A stretch of DNA of 64,000 nucleotides. Origin: an uncultured Bacteroidales bacterium. GTDB taxonomy: Bacteria; Bacteroidota; Bacteroidia; Bacteroidales; CAIXZF01. Below, piece after piece: positions 46,692 to 55,945 of the stretch (its first letter is position 1; the number at the start of each line of letters is the position of its first letter). The DNA lies in NCBI GenBank assembly GCA_964386485.1, contig CAYLTH010000004.1, positions 318-64,317 on the forward strand, read 5' to 3'. Position numbers and translations under genes: made by a program. The notes under the pieces are model-generated. The model was given only the letters and a program-made list of their open reading frames with translations, did not search any database and was not told the DNA's origin.

Positions 46692-47171
46692 TTAGCCTTT
46701 ATTTCTGAATTCCTGCAGACGTTTCAGCAGGATTTTCTTGAACTGCCGGTCGGCTTCATACAATTGTATGATTTTTTTCGGGGATAAAATCGTTTTAAAC
46801 CGGGCATGGTATTCTTTTTTCAAATCGAGCTGACGCTGTTCGAACACGATTTCTGCATCAGCCAGTTCTTTGAGTTCCTGCTCACTGAGATTATCCAATC
46901 CTTCCCTGGTCTGCTGTTTCTTTTGCTGAAGCTGCTTATTAATTTCCTTGCGTTTGGCTGTATACTCATTGTAAACCGGCCAGAATTCACGGGCCTCTTC
47001 GGGAGTCAGATTTACTTTTTCGGTAATGAAAGCAGTATGCCTGGCTTCAATTTTTTCGCGTAAAGCCTTGCGGACCGGCTGGCGTTGGGCCTGACTTTCA
47101 GACACAAATACGAAAATAAAAAGGATCAGAAGTGCACTGATCAGATTGGCTGAAATAGTATTTTTTTTCAT
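46692..47171 (-). CDS. Periplasmic coiled-coil protein, Spy/CpxP-like
   Basis: 159 aa with a signal peptide. It has repeated LTPEEAxxFWPVYNEY-type helices. It overlaps the anti-sigma gene by 4 nt. Confidence 0.45.
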   Translation of the reverse strand: MKKNTISANLISALLILFIFVFVSESQAQRQPVRKALREKIEARHTAFITEKVNLTPEEAREFWPVYNEYTAKRKEINKQLQQKKQQTREGLDNLSEQELKELADAEIVFEQRQLDLKKEYHARFKTILSPKKIIQLYEADRQFKKILLKRLQEFRNKG

Positions 47172-47698
47172 GGCTGATAAGATAAATCGATGACATCAAA
47201 ACCTTCATCTAAAAGGTATTCAATGATATCATCATCGGTAATACCTTCATTCACAAGGGCTTCTATTGAATTATCGCTTACAATACCTGTTAATGCAGGT
47301 GTTTTAACTTCAGGATTTACGGACTTGGGCACAGAAGGGTTTTGTATTGCCTTCCCGCTCGTGTCTGCTTTATTGGTAACGATTTTCTTTTTAATGGGTT
47401 CCTGGTTCCGGCTCAATTGATCCGAATACTGTTCAGGTACAGGACGGTTCATGGTAAAAATTAAAAGGACACCCAACGACACCAAGCCCAGCATTACAGC
47501 TGCAACTGCAAATCGTTTAACTTTCTGCCTGAAGGCAGGAACAAATTGCACATTTTTAACGCTATCCTTCTGTACATCAAGTTTTTCGGCAAATTTTTCA
47601 AAATAATCATCCGGTACATTAAAGGGATTCTCCTTCAAAACCGGGTCCTTTAACGGGCGGTTCTCATCGGCTTGTGTGTATGTTTTTTTTGTTTTCAT
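47168..47698 (-). CDS. Putative anti-sigma factor (single-pass membrane protein)
   Basis: 176 aa with one central TM segment (FAVAAVMLGLVSLGVLLIF). It lies immediately downstream of the ECF sigma gene. The call rests on position only. Confidence 0.45.
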   Translation of the reverse strand: MKTKKTYTQADENRPLKDPVLKENPFNVPDDYFEKFAEKLDVQKDSVKNVQFVPAFRQKVKRFAVAAVMLGLVSLGVLLIFTMNRPVPEQYSDQLSRNQEPIKKKIVTNKADTSGKAIQNPSVPKSVNPEVKTPALTGIVSDNSIEALVNEGITDDDIIEYLLDEGFDVIDLSYQP

Positions 47699-47732
47699 CG
47701 TTTCTCTTTTGACTGATAATCATCATAAAGGT

Positions 47733-48284
47733 TTAAACTGATGTTAATTCTTTTTCAATTTTTTTTACAGCATGATGATAAGATGCTTTCAGGGCACCAA
47801 CACTGGTTTCCAGTAATTCACTCAGCTTATCAAAAGTCATTTCTTCATCAAAATATTTCATATTGAACACGAGGCGTTGCTTTTCGGGTAAAAGCAGAAT
47901 CGCTTTTTGCAGGCGCAATTGGATTTCGTTTCCGGCAAACCAGGGATCAGCCTGAAGTGTATTTGCAAGCTGATGCTCATAATCGGTTAATGAAAAGAAA
48001 AAGCGTTTTTGTTTTTGTTTAAGAAATGTAAGGGTTTCATTGATACTGATCCGGTAAATCCAGGTATAAAGAGACGAATCTGAACGGTAATTGTCTAAAA
48101 AACGATACACCTTTATAAAGACTTCCTGACACAGATCATCTGCATCATCATGGTTTACAACCATCCGCCGGATATTCCAGTAAATTTTCTTCTGATATTT
48201 CTGAATAAGACAATTAAATCCCTGACGTCGAGACTGTTCATCGCGTATAAGGTCTAGTATCTCCTGATCAGAGGGTTCCTGCAT
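47733..48284 (-). CDS. ECF-type RNA polymerase sigma-70 factor
   Basis: Region 2 (DADDLCQEVFIKVYRFL...YTWIYRISINE) and region 4 (LPEKQRLVFNMKYFDEEMTFDKLSELLETSVGALKASYHHAVKKI) are present. I moved the start from the track's TTG (48314) to the ATG at 48284. Confidence 0.88.
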   Translation of the reverse strand: MQEPSDQEILDLIRDEQSRRQGFNCLIQKYQKKIYWNIRRMVVNHDDADDLCQEVFIKVYRFLDNYRSDSSLYTWIYRISINETLTFLKQKQKRFFFSLTDYEHQLANTLQADPWFAGNEIQLRLQKAILLLPEKQRLVFNMKYFDEEMTFDKLSELLETSVGALKASYHHAVKKIEKELTSV

Positions 48285-48329
48285 ATAAAAATGGATTACC
48301 TTGTTTAGACGCAAAAAACAGGCAATGGT

Positions 48330-49352
48330 TTAATCCTTTGTTCCTGATCGAGAATAGGGAATGCAATCCTGTCCGGAAAATTCACCTTTCAGGAATTTAA
48401 AATATCCGGCAACTGCAATCATGGCAGCATTATCAGTGGTAAAAGAAAATTCAGGAATAAATACACGCCATCCATGATCTTCTCCCGTTTTGATGAGTGT
48501 TTTCTGCAAAAATGAATTAGCCGAAACACCACCGGAAATAGCAATATCCCGGATGCCGGTTTGTTGAGCCGCCACTATAAGTTTTTTCATTAGTGTGTTT
48601 ACAATGGCAAGCTGAATTGAAGCACACAAATCATTTTTATGCTCCTCGATAAAGGATGGATTTTCTTTCAGGCGATCTCGCAGGAAATACAAAAAGCTGG
48701 TTTTCAAACCACTAAAGCTATAGTCCAGACCCGATATTTTCGGTTCTGCAAATCGGAATGCATCCTTGTTTCCTTCGCGGGCAAGCTTATCGATAACAGG
48801 ACCACCCGGATAGGGTAAACCCATTATTTTTGCTGCTTTATCAAATGCCTCTCCGGCAGCATCATCAATGGTTCTGCCTATAATATGCATCGAAAAATGA
48901 CTATCTATCCGAACAATCTGGGTATGTCCACCTGAAACCGTCAGGCAAAGAAACGGGAAATCGGGTAAAACTTTCACTTCTCCCGGGCGCTCAATAAAGT
49001 GTGCCAGCACATGTGCCTCCATATGATCCACATCAACCAGTGGTATGTTAAGAGCCTGAGCCATTGCTTTGGCAAACGAGGTTCCGACCAGCAGAGAACC
49101 CAGTAATCCCGGTCCACGCGTAAATGCGATGGCTTTTATCTGGTTTTTACTTACATTTGCCTGACGCAAGGCTGCTTCCACAACAGGAATGATATTCTGC
49201 TGATGTGCCCGCGAAGCCAGTTCCGGTACTACTCCGCCATATTTGCGGTGTACATCCTGATTCGCAATCACATTGGCAAGGATTTTGGTATCCAGTGTTA
49301 CAGCTGCTGATGTATCGTCGCAGGATGATTCAATACCTAATATATAATTCAC
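48330..49352 (-). CDS. tsaD: tRNA N6-adenosine threonylcarbamoyltransferase
   Basis: 340 aa with a GTG start. Matching segments are ILGIESSCDDTS, HMEAHVLA and VSGGVSAN. Confidence 0.93.
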   Translation of the reverse strand: MNYILGIESSCDDTSAAVTLDTKILANVIANQDVHRKYGGVVPELASRAHQQNIIPVVEAALRQANVSKNQIKAIAFTRGPGLLGSLLVGTSFAKAMAQALNIPLVDVDHMEAHVLAHFIERPGEVKVLPDFPFLCLTVSGGHTQIVRIDSHFSMHIIGRTIDDAAGEAFDKAAKIMGLPYPGGPVIDKLAREGNKDAFRFAEPKISGLDYSFSGLKTSFLYFLRDRLKENPSFIEEHKNDLCASIQLAIVNTLMKKLIVAAQQTGIRDIAISGGVSANSFLQKTLIKTGEDHGWRVFIPEFSFTTDNAAMIAVAGYFKFLKGEFSGQDCIPYSRSGTKD

Positions 49353-49370
49353 GTTTCTGATTCATTTAGA

Positions 49371-52300
49371 GTGACAAAAATACCATTTAATATCAAACCC
49401 GGAAAAACATGGTATCGGATCATTAACGTAATTGTGGTCTTGTTCGTCATTATACCCTTTTTATCATATGTCACTTTACGGTCCCCTAAGGTTCAAACCT
49501 ATGTTACATCATTAATTACCAGTTATTTACAAAAAGAACTTAAAACAAAAATCGAAATCGGTGGTGTCGATATTTCCCCGGGGCTTGATGTGATACTGGA
49601 GAAAGTATTCATGGAAGACCGGAATCAGGATACTTTATTGTTTACTAAAGCTCTCCAGATCGATGTGGGGCGTTTCAATTACAAGCGGAGGATACTGCAT
49701 GTCAGCAATATAAGTCTTTCTCAGGGAGTTGTCAGGCTTATCAGGTCTCAAAATGATTCAAGCTTTAATTACCAGTTTCTGGTTGATTATTTCAGTCCTT
49801 CTGATACAACAAAAACGAAAACAGATAATCACTGGAATATCAGGGTACATGGTGTTGAAGTACGAAGTACCCGTTTCACATATCAGATTGAAGGCAGGGA
49901 GGCTCCGAAAAGTGGTATGGATTATAACAATCTTGTTTTCAGCGACATCAGCATAAATTTATCCAATATACACCTTGATGGTGATACGATCTATTCCAAA
50001 ATAAACCGGATTTCTGCCAATGAAAAATGCGGATTTCATGTTGAAAATATGAGTGGAGAAGCCAGCATTGCTCCGGATCGCTGGCAAATCGACAAGTTAA
50101 AGGCCAAAACCGATTTTTCGATGGTCTCCATGGAAAAACTGATCCTTGGATTTGAGAGCATCCGCGATTTCGACGATTTCATCCCAAAAGTCAGACTGGA
50201 AGCAACAATAAATCCTTCGGTTTTGCACAGTGCTGATATTGTGTATTTTGCACCAGAACTGGCCGGAATGAATGAACGGGTTGACTTACACGGCAACGTA
50301 AAAGGGACCATTGCACAACTCCGGTTGAAGGATTTTTATTTTGATTATGGTGAAAATACGCATTTCAAGGGGAATGTCCGGTTGAACGGCCTGCCTGTTA
50401 TTGAAGAAACCTTTATCCTGCTTGATGCAAAAGAACTTGTTACGCATCCTGATGATATTGCCGGTCTGAGTTTACCAGGGGGTGGAAAAATTACAATTCC
50501 CGAACAGATTGCCAAATTCGGAAAGGTAACTGTGAAAGGGAATTTTACCGGATTTTACAATGATTTTGTATCCTATGCGAACTTCCAGACTGCCCTGGGC
50601 GGAATCAAAACAGATCTTTCCGTTAAAAATGATGCCCAAACCGGAAAAATCAGTTACCAGGGAAAGCTTAATTCAAGCGGGTTTGAACTCGGTCAGCTGA
50701 TCAACCTGCCGGCAAATGTCGGAAAACTGAATCTTACCTCAGAAATTACAGGTTCGGGGCTTACACTCGAAGAACTGGATATTCATCTTAACGGGATAGT
50801 AGATTCTCTCTATCTTCAGGGCAATGTTTACCGCATGCTTACCATCGATGGCGACGTTAAAAACAAACGATTTACCGGACAACTGGCAGTTCGCGATCAA
50901 ACAATAGATCTGGATCTTGACGGATATGCCGATTTTTCAACAAACTCTCCGTCGTTTAATTTTATTTCTTCAATCCGTCATGCCAATCTGAACCGCCTGA
51001 AACTCATTCAGTCGGATACCACCTTTGTCCTGAACACCGATTTAATGGTTCACCTTACCGGTATTCAACCCGATAGCATGTATGGTAATCTTACTGTAGA
51101 TAAAACAGCTTTACTGATGAATCGTTCGGTTTATAAAATGGAGCAACTGACGCTTGATTTAAAACCAATAGCAGGTATAAAGTATATCGATCTTCATTCC
51201 GACTTTTTAGACCTCAATCTGAAGGCATCCACCCGTTTTTCAGATGCACCCCGGTTTCTTGGCAGTATCATAAACCGGTATCTCCCTTCTATTAAATTAA
51301 ATTATCAGAATCAGGATGAACTTCCTCCTGACCAATGGATAGATTTTAACCTTATACTCAGGAATACGAGTGTATTAAGTAAGGTTTTTGCGCCCGGGAT
51401 ACTACTTGGTAAAAATGCAACAATCTCGGGATTAATCCGGAATGGCGACACCGGAATAGCGATCGACGGGGAATTCCCGGGGATAATGCTCAACAGTACA
51501 TTGCTGAAATCTATCCATTTTGGCCTCCGCTCCGAAAACAATCAATTGCAGTTTAACTCTCAATTTAATCATATTCTGTTTAACGACAGCATCGGAATGG
51601 ATAGCCTTGTACTCACAGCCGGTATTGCAAACGACAGCATCCGTTTCTTTCTGAATTGGAATAACGAAGATAAAGCATTAAAAAACAGAGGCGATTTCCA
51701 GGGAATTTTCGCCCTAACAGAATACCCAAAACTGACCTTAAATTTATTGGAATCCGAAGCCTATATTAACGATTCTCTCTGGAAAATTCCGGAAACAAAC
51801 ACTATCGTATTTCACAACAAACTCATTCAGGTACAAAATCTTACGATTCATGGAAATGATGAAATCATCAACCTGAATGGATTAATTTCCGACAATCCGC
51901 TGGATCATATGATTCTGGATTTGCAGAATTTCAATCTCGACAACCTTGACCTGTTGACCCGTTCCATCGATTTTAATTTTGACGGGTTAATGAGTGGCCG
52001 GATCGATTTGTCCAATATTTACCAATCACCGAATCTTATTTCATCCATACATATAAAAAATCTGGTGGTAAATGACGATAAACTCGGAGATGCTGATATT
52101 GTAACAGTATGGGATCCGGCAACGGCAGCATTATCAACCAAAGCAGAAGTGATTTACAAGGGAAACATCGGTGAAAACAAACCCATTGCTATCCAGGGTT
52201 TTTACTATCCCCAAAACAAAGACAGCAGCCTCGATTTCACCATTGAAGTCGCCAATTTCAAGCTCAAAACCATCTCAAACTTCCTGTCCAGTTTCAGTTC

Positions 52301-53846
52301 TGATTTTACCGGGAAAGCGAATGGGAAAATCAAATTGCTGGGTTCACTGCAAAAACCCTCCCTGGTTGGAACTATCACGGTTAACCGGGGTGAGTTATTG
52401 GTTGATTACCTGAATGTATCCTATTCTTTCAGCCATGATGTTCGTTTCGACAAAAATCTGATCAGTGTAGATAATATGACCGTGTACGATTCTATTGGAA
52501 ACAAGTCGGTTTTTAACGCAAAAATCAGACACAATTATTTCAAAGATTTCGACCTGGATATTGACATACAGCCAGAAAAACTTCTTGCACTCAATACAGA
52601 TTTTATTCAGAACGAACTCTTTTACGGGACTGCTTTTGCAACAGGTAAAGTTCGCATTTTTGGTCCGGTGACAAATCTCAAAATGGATATTACTGCCACT
52701 ACTAATAAAGGTACTGATTTTTATGTTCCGATTAACACAGCCAATGAGTTGGGAAACAATAACTTCATCACTTTTGTCAAACCTAAAGACCAGGATTCAG
52801 CAGCCGAACTCTTCCCTGAATATAAAGCAGATTTTTCGGGTATTAGTGTAAATCTGGATCTACGGGCGACACAAGATGCCTGGGTTAAGATTTTTATGCC
52901 CGACGGACTTGGAAATATTAGTGCAAATGGTGAAGGGAACATCAGAATGAATGTCAATACCCGGGGTGAGTTTGATATTTATGGTGTGTATGAAATCCGG
53001 CAGGGTGATTTCAACTTTACCCTTCAAAATGTAATTCAACGACATTTCAACATCCAGCAGGGAAGTAAAATTACGTTCAACGGCAGTCCGTACGATGCTC
53101 AGGTTGATATCAACGCAAACTATAATATTGATGTTCCGCTGAGCGGGTTGAATGCACAAGCCTACAACGCCGACCTCAGCGGAGCAAAAGTACCGGTAAG
53201 TTGTGTCATTGACCTCAAAGGAAGTCTGTTTAATCCGGATATTCTTTTTAAACTCCGGCTTTCCAATAACAATCCGGATATAAACCGGGTTGTCTATTCA
53301 CAGATTGACACCAATAACCAGCAACAAATGGCGGAACAAATGATTTTTTTATTGGTATTGCGTCAGTTCAAACCGCTTGACCGCACCAATAATATCACGA
53401 TTGGCAACAGTGTGGGAAGTTCTTCCTGGGAGTTGGTTTCCAATCAGTTAAGCAATTGGTTATCCCAAATCAGCAAAGATTTTGATGTTGGTGTTAACTA
53501 TAAACCAGGTGATAAGCTTACCAGTGATGAAATTTCGGTTGCACTTTCCACCCAGCTGTTCAATGAACGTCTCATTATCGACGGAAACATCGGTGTACAG
53601 GGGAATAATACACCTGCAGCCGCTACCAACCAGAATCCAAGTAATATAGTCGGAGATGTCAATGTGGAATTCAAACTCACCCGCGACGGGCGTTTCCGTG
53701 TAAAGGCATATAATCGAAATAATAATACTGTATTGATTGAAAACAATTCACCTTATACCCAGGGACTTGGATTGTTCTACCGCAAAGAATTCGATTACTT
53801 CAGCGATCTTTTTAAACGTAAAAACAAGCAGCCTTTAAAACAGTAA
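49371..53846 (+). CDS. tamB: Translocation and assembly module protein TamB (DUF490 C-terminus)
   Basis: 1491 aa with a GTG start. It has an N-terminal signal-anchor helix and a very long beta-rich repetitive body typical of AsmA/TamB proteins. Confidence 0.8.
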   Translation: MTKIPFNIKPGKTWYRIINVIVVLFVIIPFLSYVTLRSPKVQTYVTSLITSYLQKELKTKIEIGGVDISPGLDVILEKVFMEDRNQDTLLFTKALQIDVGRFNYKRRILHVSNISLSQGVVRLIRSQNDSSFNYQFLVDYFSPSDTTKTKTDNHWNIRVHGVEVRSTRFTYQIEGREAPKSGMDYNNLVFSDISINLSNIHLDGDTIYSKINRISANEKCGFHVENMSGEASIAPDRWQIDKLKAKTDFSMVSMEKLILGFESIRDFDDFIPKVRLEATINPSVLHSADIVYFAPELAGMNERVDLHGNVKGTIAQLRLKDFYFDYGENTHFKGNVRLNGLPVIEETFILLDAKELVTHPDDIAGLSLPGGGKITIPEQIAKFGKVTVKGNFTGFYNDFVSYANFQTALGGIKTDLSVKNDAQTGKISYQGKLNSSGFELGQLINLPANVGKLNLTSEITGSGLTLEELDIHLNGIVDSLYLQGNVYRMLTIDGDVKNKRFTGQLAVRDQTIDLDLDGYADFSTNSPSFNFISSIRHANLNRLKLIQSDTTFVLNTDLMVHLTGIQPDSMYGNLTVDKTALLMNRSVYKMEQLTLDLKPIAGIKYIDLHSDFLDLNLKASTRFSDAPRFLGSIINRYLPSIKLNYQNQDELPPDQWIDFNLILRNTSVLSKVFAPGILLGKNATISGLIRNGDTGIAIDGEFPGIMLNSTLLKSIHFGLRSENNQLQFNSQFNHILFNDSIGMDSLVLTAGIANDSIRFFLNWNNEDKALKNRGDFQGIFALTEYPKLTLNLLESEAYINDSLWKIPETNTIVFHNKLIQVQNLTIHGNDEIINLNGLISDNPLDHMILDLQNFNLDNLDLLTRSIDFNFDGLMSGRIDLSNIYQSPNLISSIHIKNLVVNDDKLGDADIVTVWDPATAALSTKAEVIYKGNIGENKPIAIQGFYYPQNKDSSLDFTIEVANFKLKTISNFLSSFSSDFTGKANGKIKLLGSLQKPSLVGTITVNRGELLVDYLNVSYSFSHDVRFDKNLISVDNMTVYDSIGNKSVFNAKIRHNYFKDFDLDIDIQPEKLLALNTDFIQNELFYGTAFATGKVRIFGPVTNLKMDITATTNKGTDFYVPINTANELGNNNFITFVKPKDQDSAAELFPEYKADFSGISVNLDLRATQDAWVKIFMPDGLGNISANGEGNIRMNVNTRGEFDIYGVYEIRQGDFNFTLQNVIQRHFNIQQGSKITFNGSPYDAQVDINANYNIDVPLSGLNAQAYNADLSGAKVPVSCVIDLKGSLFNPDILFKLRLSNNNPDINRVVYSQIDTNNQQQMAEQMIFLLVLRQFKPLDRTNNITIGNSVGSSSWELVSNQLSNWLSQISKDFDVGVNYKPGDKLTSDEISVALSTQLFNERLIIDGNIGVQGNNTPAAATNQNPSNIVGDVNVEFKLTRDGRFRVKAYNRNNNTVLIENNSPYTQGLGLFYRKEFDYFSDLFKRKNKQPLKQ

Positions 53847-53847
53847 A

Positions 53848-55071
53848 TTATTCCCAGGGCAGGTCATGTCCCATTTTTACCTTTTTTGTACGCAGGTATT
53901 CAGCATTAAAAGGATTCGGAGTAATGTGCAAAGGAATATTTTCGATGATTTCGATGCCATATCCCATGAGACCGGCTTTTTTTGTAGGATTATTTGAAAT
54001 AAGCCTGATTTTTGTGGCCCCCAGGTCACGAAGAATCTGAGCACCAATGCCATAATCGCGTTCATCCGGTTTGAAACCAAGTTCAACGTTGGCTTCAATG
54101 GTATCCCGTCCCATTTCCTGCAAGTGATAGGCTTTCAGTTTATTAAGCAAGCCAATTCCTCTTCCTTCCTGGTTCATATAAAGAACAACCCCTTTCCCGC
54201 TTTCTTCCACCATCTTCATAGATTCATGCAGCTGATCACCACAATCACACTTCGATGAATGAAAAATATCCCCGGTAACACAACTCGAATGAACCCTGAC
54301 AAGAATCGGTTCGCCATCATGCCAGTTTCCTTTAACCAGGGCAAGATGAAGCAGATCATTGTTGATTTGTCTGAATGCAATCAACTTAAAATGACCGTAA
54401 TCCGTTGGCATTTCAACACTTTCAACCCTCTGAATGAGACTTTCATTCTTCAGGCGATATGCGATAAGATCCTGTATTGAAGCTACTTTCAACCCAAATC
54501 GGTCTGCAATGCCAAAAAGATTGGGTAAACGTGCCATTGTGCCATCTTCGTTCATAATTTCTACCAAAGCACCGGCAGGCTGCAAACCGGCAAGCCGTGC
54601 AAAATCAATGGTGGCCTCGGTATGGCCGGCGCGTTGTAAAACACCCGACTTTTTAGCCTTTAAAGGGAATATATGACCAGGACGTCCCAGATCCTCTGCC
54701 CTTGTAGCAGGATTGGCTAAAGCCTTTATTGTTTTAGCCCTGTCGGAAACTGAAATACCTGTTGTGCATCCCTGTCCCAGTAAATCTACCGAAACCGTAA
54801 AAGGTGTTTCATGAAGCGAGGTATTTGTACTTACCATCAACTGCAAATTCAGGTTCTCGCAAACTTCTTCCGTAACTGGTGTACAAATCAGTCCCCGGCC
54901 ATGTGTGGCCATAAAATTCACGATTTCAGGGGTTATGGTCTCTGCTGCACAAATGAAGTCACCCTCATTTTCGCGGTCAAAATCATCCACAACAATAATA
55001 ACTTTGCCATTTCTGAAATCCTCAATGGCTTCCTCAATAGTATTCAGTGTACGATCCGTCATAGCATCCAT
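53848..55071 (-). CDS. ribBA: Bifunctional 3,4-dihydroxy-2-butanone-4-phosphate synthase / GTP cyclohydrolase II
   Basis: RibB half: [10 protein letters not shown] and GHTEA. RibA half: [15 protein letters not shown] and EGRGIGL. I moved the start to the ATG at 55071 because the -7 box at 55090-55097 lies inside the longer track ORF. Confidence 0.93.
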   Translation of the reverse strand: MDAMTDRTLNTIEEAIEDFRNGKVIIVVDDFDRENEGDFICAAETITPEIVNFMATHGRGLICTPVTEEVCENLNLQLMVSTNTSLHETPFTVSVDLLGQGCTTGISVSDRAKTIKALANPATRAEDLGRPGHIFPLKAKKSGVLQRAGHTEATIDFARLAGLQPAGALVEIMNEDGTMARLPNLFGIADRFGLKVASIQDLIAYRLKNESLIQRVESVEMPTDYGHFKLIAFRQINNDLLHLALVKGNWHDGEPILVRVHSSCVTGDIFHSSKCDCGDQLHESMKMVEESGKGVVLYMNQEGRGIGLLNKLKAYHLQEMGRDTIEANVELGFKPDERDYGIGAQILRDLGATKIRLISNNPTKKAGLMGYGIEIIENIPLHITPNPFNAEYLRTKKVKMGHDLPWE

Positions 55072-55089
55072 CCCGGCAATTATTTTGTG

Positions 55090-55097
55090 CAAAGGTA
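55090..55097 (-). promoter_or_regulatory. -7 box TACCTTTG (ribBA)
   Basis: The plus strand reads CAAAGGTA. It lies 19 nt upstream of the ATG at 55071. Confidence 0.55.
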
Positions 55098-55166
55098 ATA
55101 AAAGCCTTTGAAGTCCCATGTTGAAAACAAAACCTTCTTTTCCGGTGTTCAGGTTATCATGTTCTG

Positions 55167-55174
55167 TATTTTTG
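55167..55174 (+). promoter_or_regulatory. -7 box TATTTTTG (mqnA)
   Basis: Matches TAnnTTTG. It lies 21 nt upstream of the mqnA ATG. Confidence 0.55.
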
Positions 55175-55194
55175 CAACAAACTGAACCTGCCTG

Positions 55195-55944
55195 ATGAAA
55201 ACCTTAAGGATTTCTGCCATATCGTATCTTAACACCATTCCCTTTATATATGGAATAACCCATTCCGGATTTCTGAACGATTATCTGCTTGAATTTGATG
55301 TTCCGTCGCAATGCGCAGAAAAGCTGATTCATGGACAAACTGATATTGGGATTGTTCCGGTTGCAGCCATTCCTCAAATGCCTTATGCCAATATAATGAC
55401 AGACTATTGCATCGGGGCCGTCGGGAAAGTCCAAACCGTGATCCTTATCGCCAATACTCCGCTTGAGAACATAAAGCGGATTTATCTTGACACAGATTCT
55501 CGTACTTCGGCTATGCTTACCCGCATTTTATTCCGGCATTACTGGAAAAAACAATGTGAATTTCTGCCTTTGACCCAAAAAACGCAGGATTATCTGGCAG
55601 AAAATGAAGGCATGGTATTAATCGGAGATAAAACTTTTCAACTGGATCAGCCCTATTCATTGCATCTTGATCTGTCAGAAGAATGGATGAATTTTACAGG
55701 ACTTCCCTTTGTTTTTGCATGCTGGGTCAGCAATGTACCCCTTTCAGCAGAACAAAAAAACCTTTTTGAAAAATCAATCCAATGGGGAATTGATCACCGG
55801 CCTGAGGCTATCCTGAATATAGAGCAGCAACGTTATCCGGGAATTGATGTTTCGGAGTATCTGCTACACACCATTTCCTACAACCTGGATGAAGCCAAGC
55901 GGGCCGGAATGGCGCTTTTCCTTAAATATTGTTCTGAAATGTAG
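55195..55944 (+). CDS. mqnA: Chorismate dehydratase (futalosine-pathway menaquinone biosynthesis)
   Basis: 249 aa. The N-terminus ([18 protein letters not shown]) and the periplasmic-binding-protein-like fold pattern are typical of MqnA. Confidence 0.8.
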   Translation: MKTLRISAISYLNTIPFIYGITHSGFLNDYLLEFDVPSQCAEKLIHGQTDIGIVPVAAIPQMPYANIMTDYCIGAVGKVQTVILIANTPLENIKRIYLDTDSRTSAMLTRILFRHYWKKQCEFLPLTQKTQDYLAENEGMVLIGDKTFQLDQPYSLHLDLSEEWMNFTGLPFVFACWVSNVPLSAEQKNLFEKSIQWGIDHRPEAILNIEQQRYPGIDVSEYLLHTISYNLDEAKRAGMALFLKYCSEM

Positions 55945-55945
55945 C

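Noticed and set aside
55072-55194. Expected FMN (RFN) riboswitch upstream of ribBA
   Set aside because: I read the minus strand of this region. It lacks the conserved G-rich/C-rich RFN helices and is only about 20 nt from the -7 box to the ATG. No riboswitch is present.
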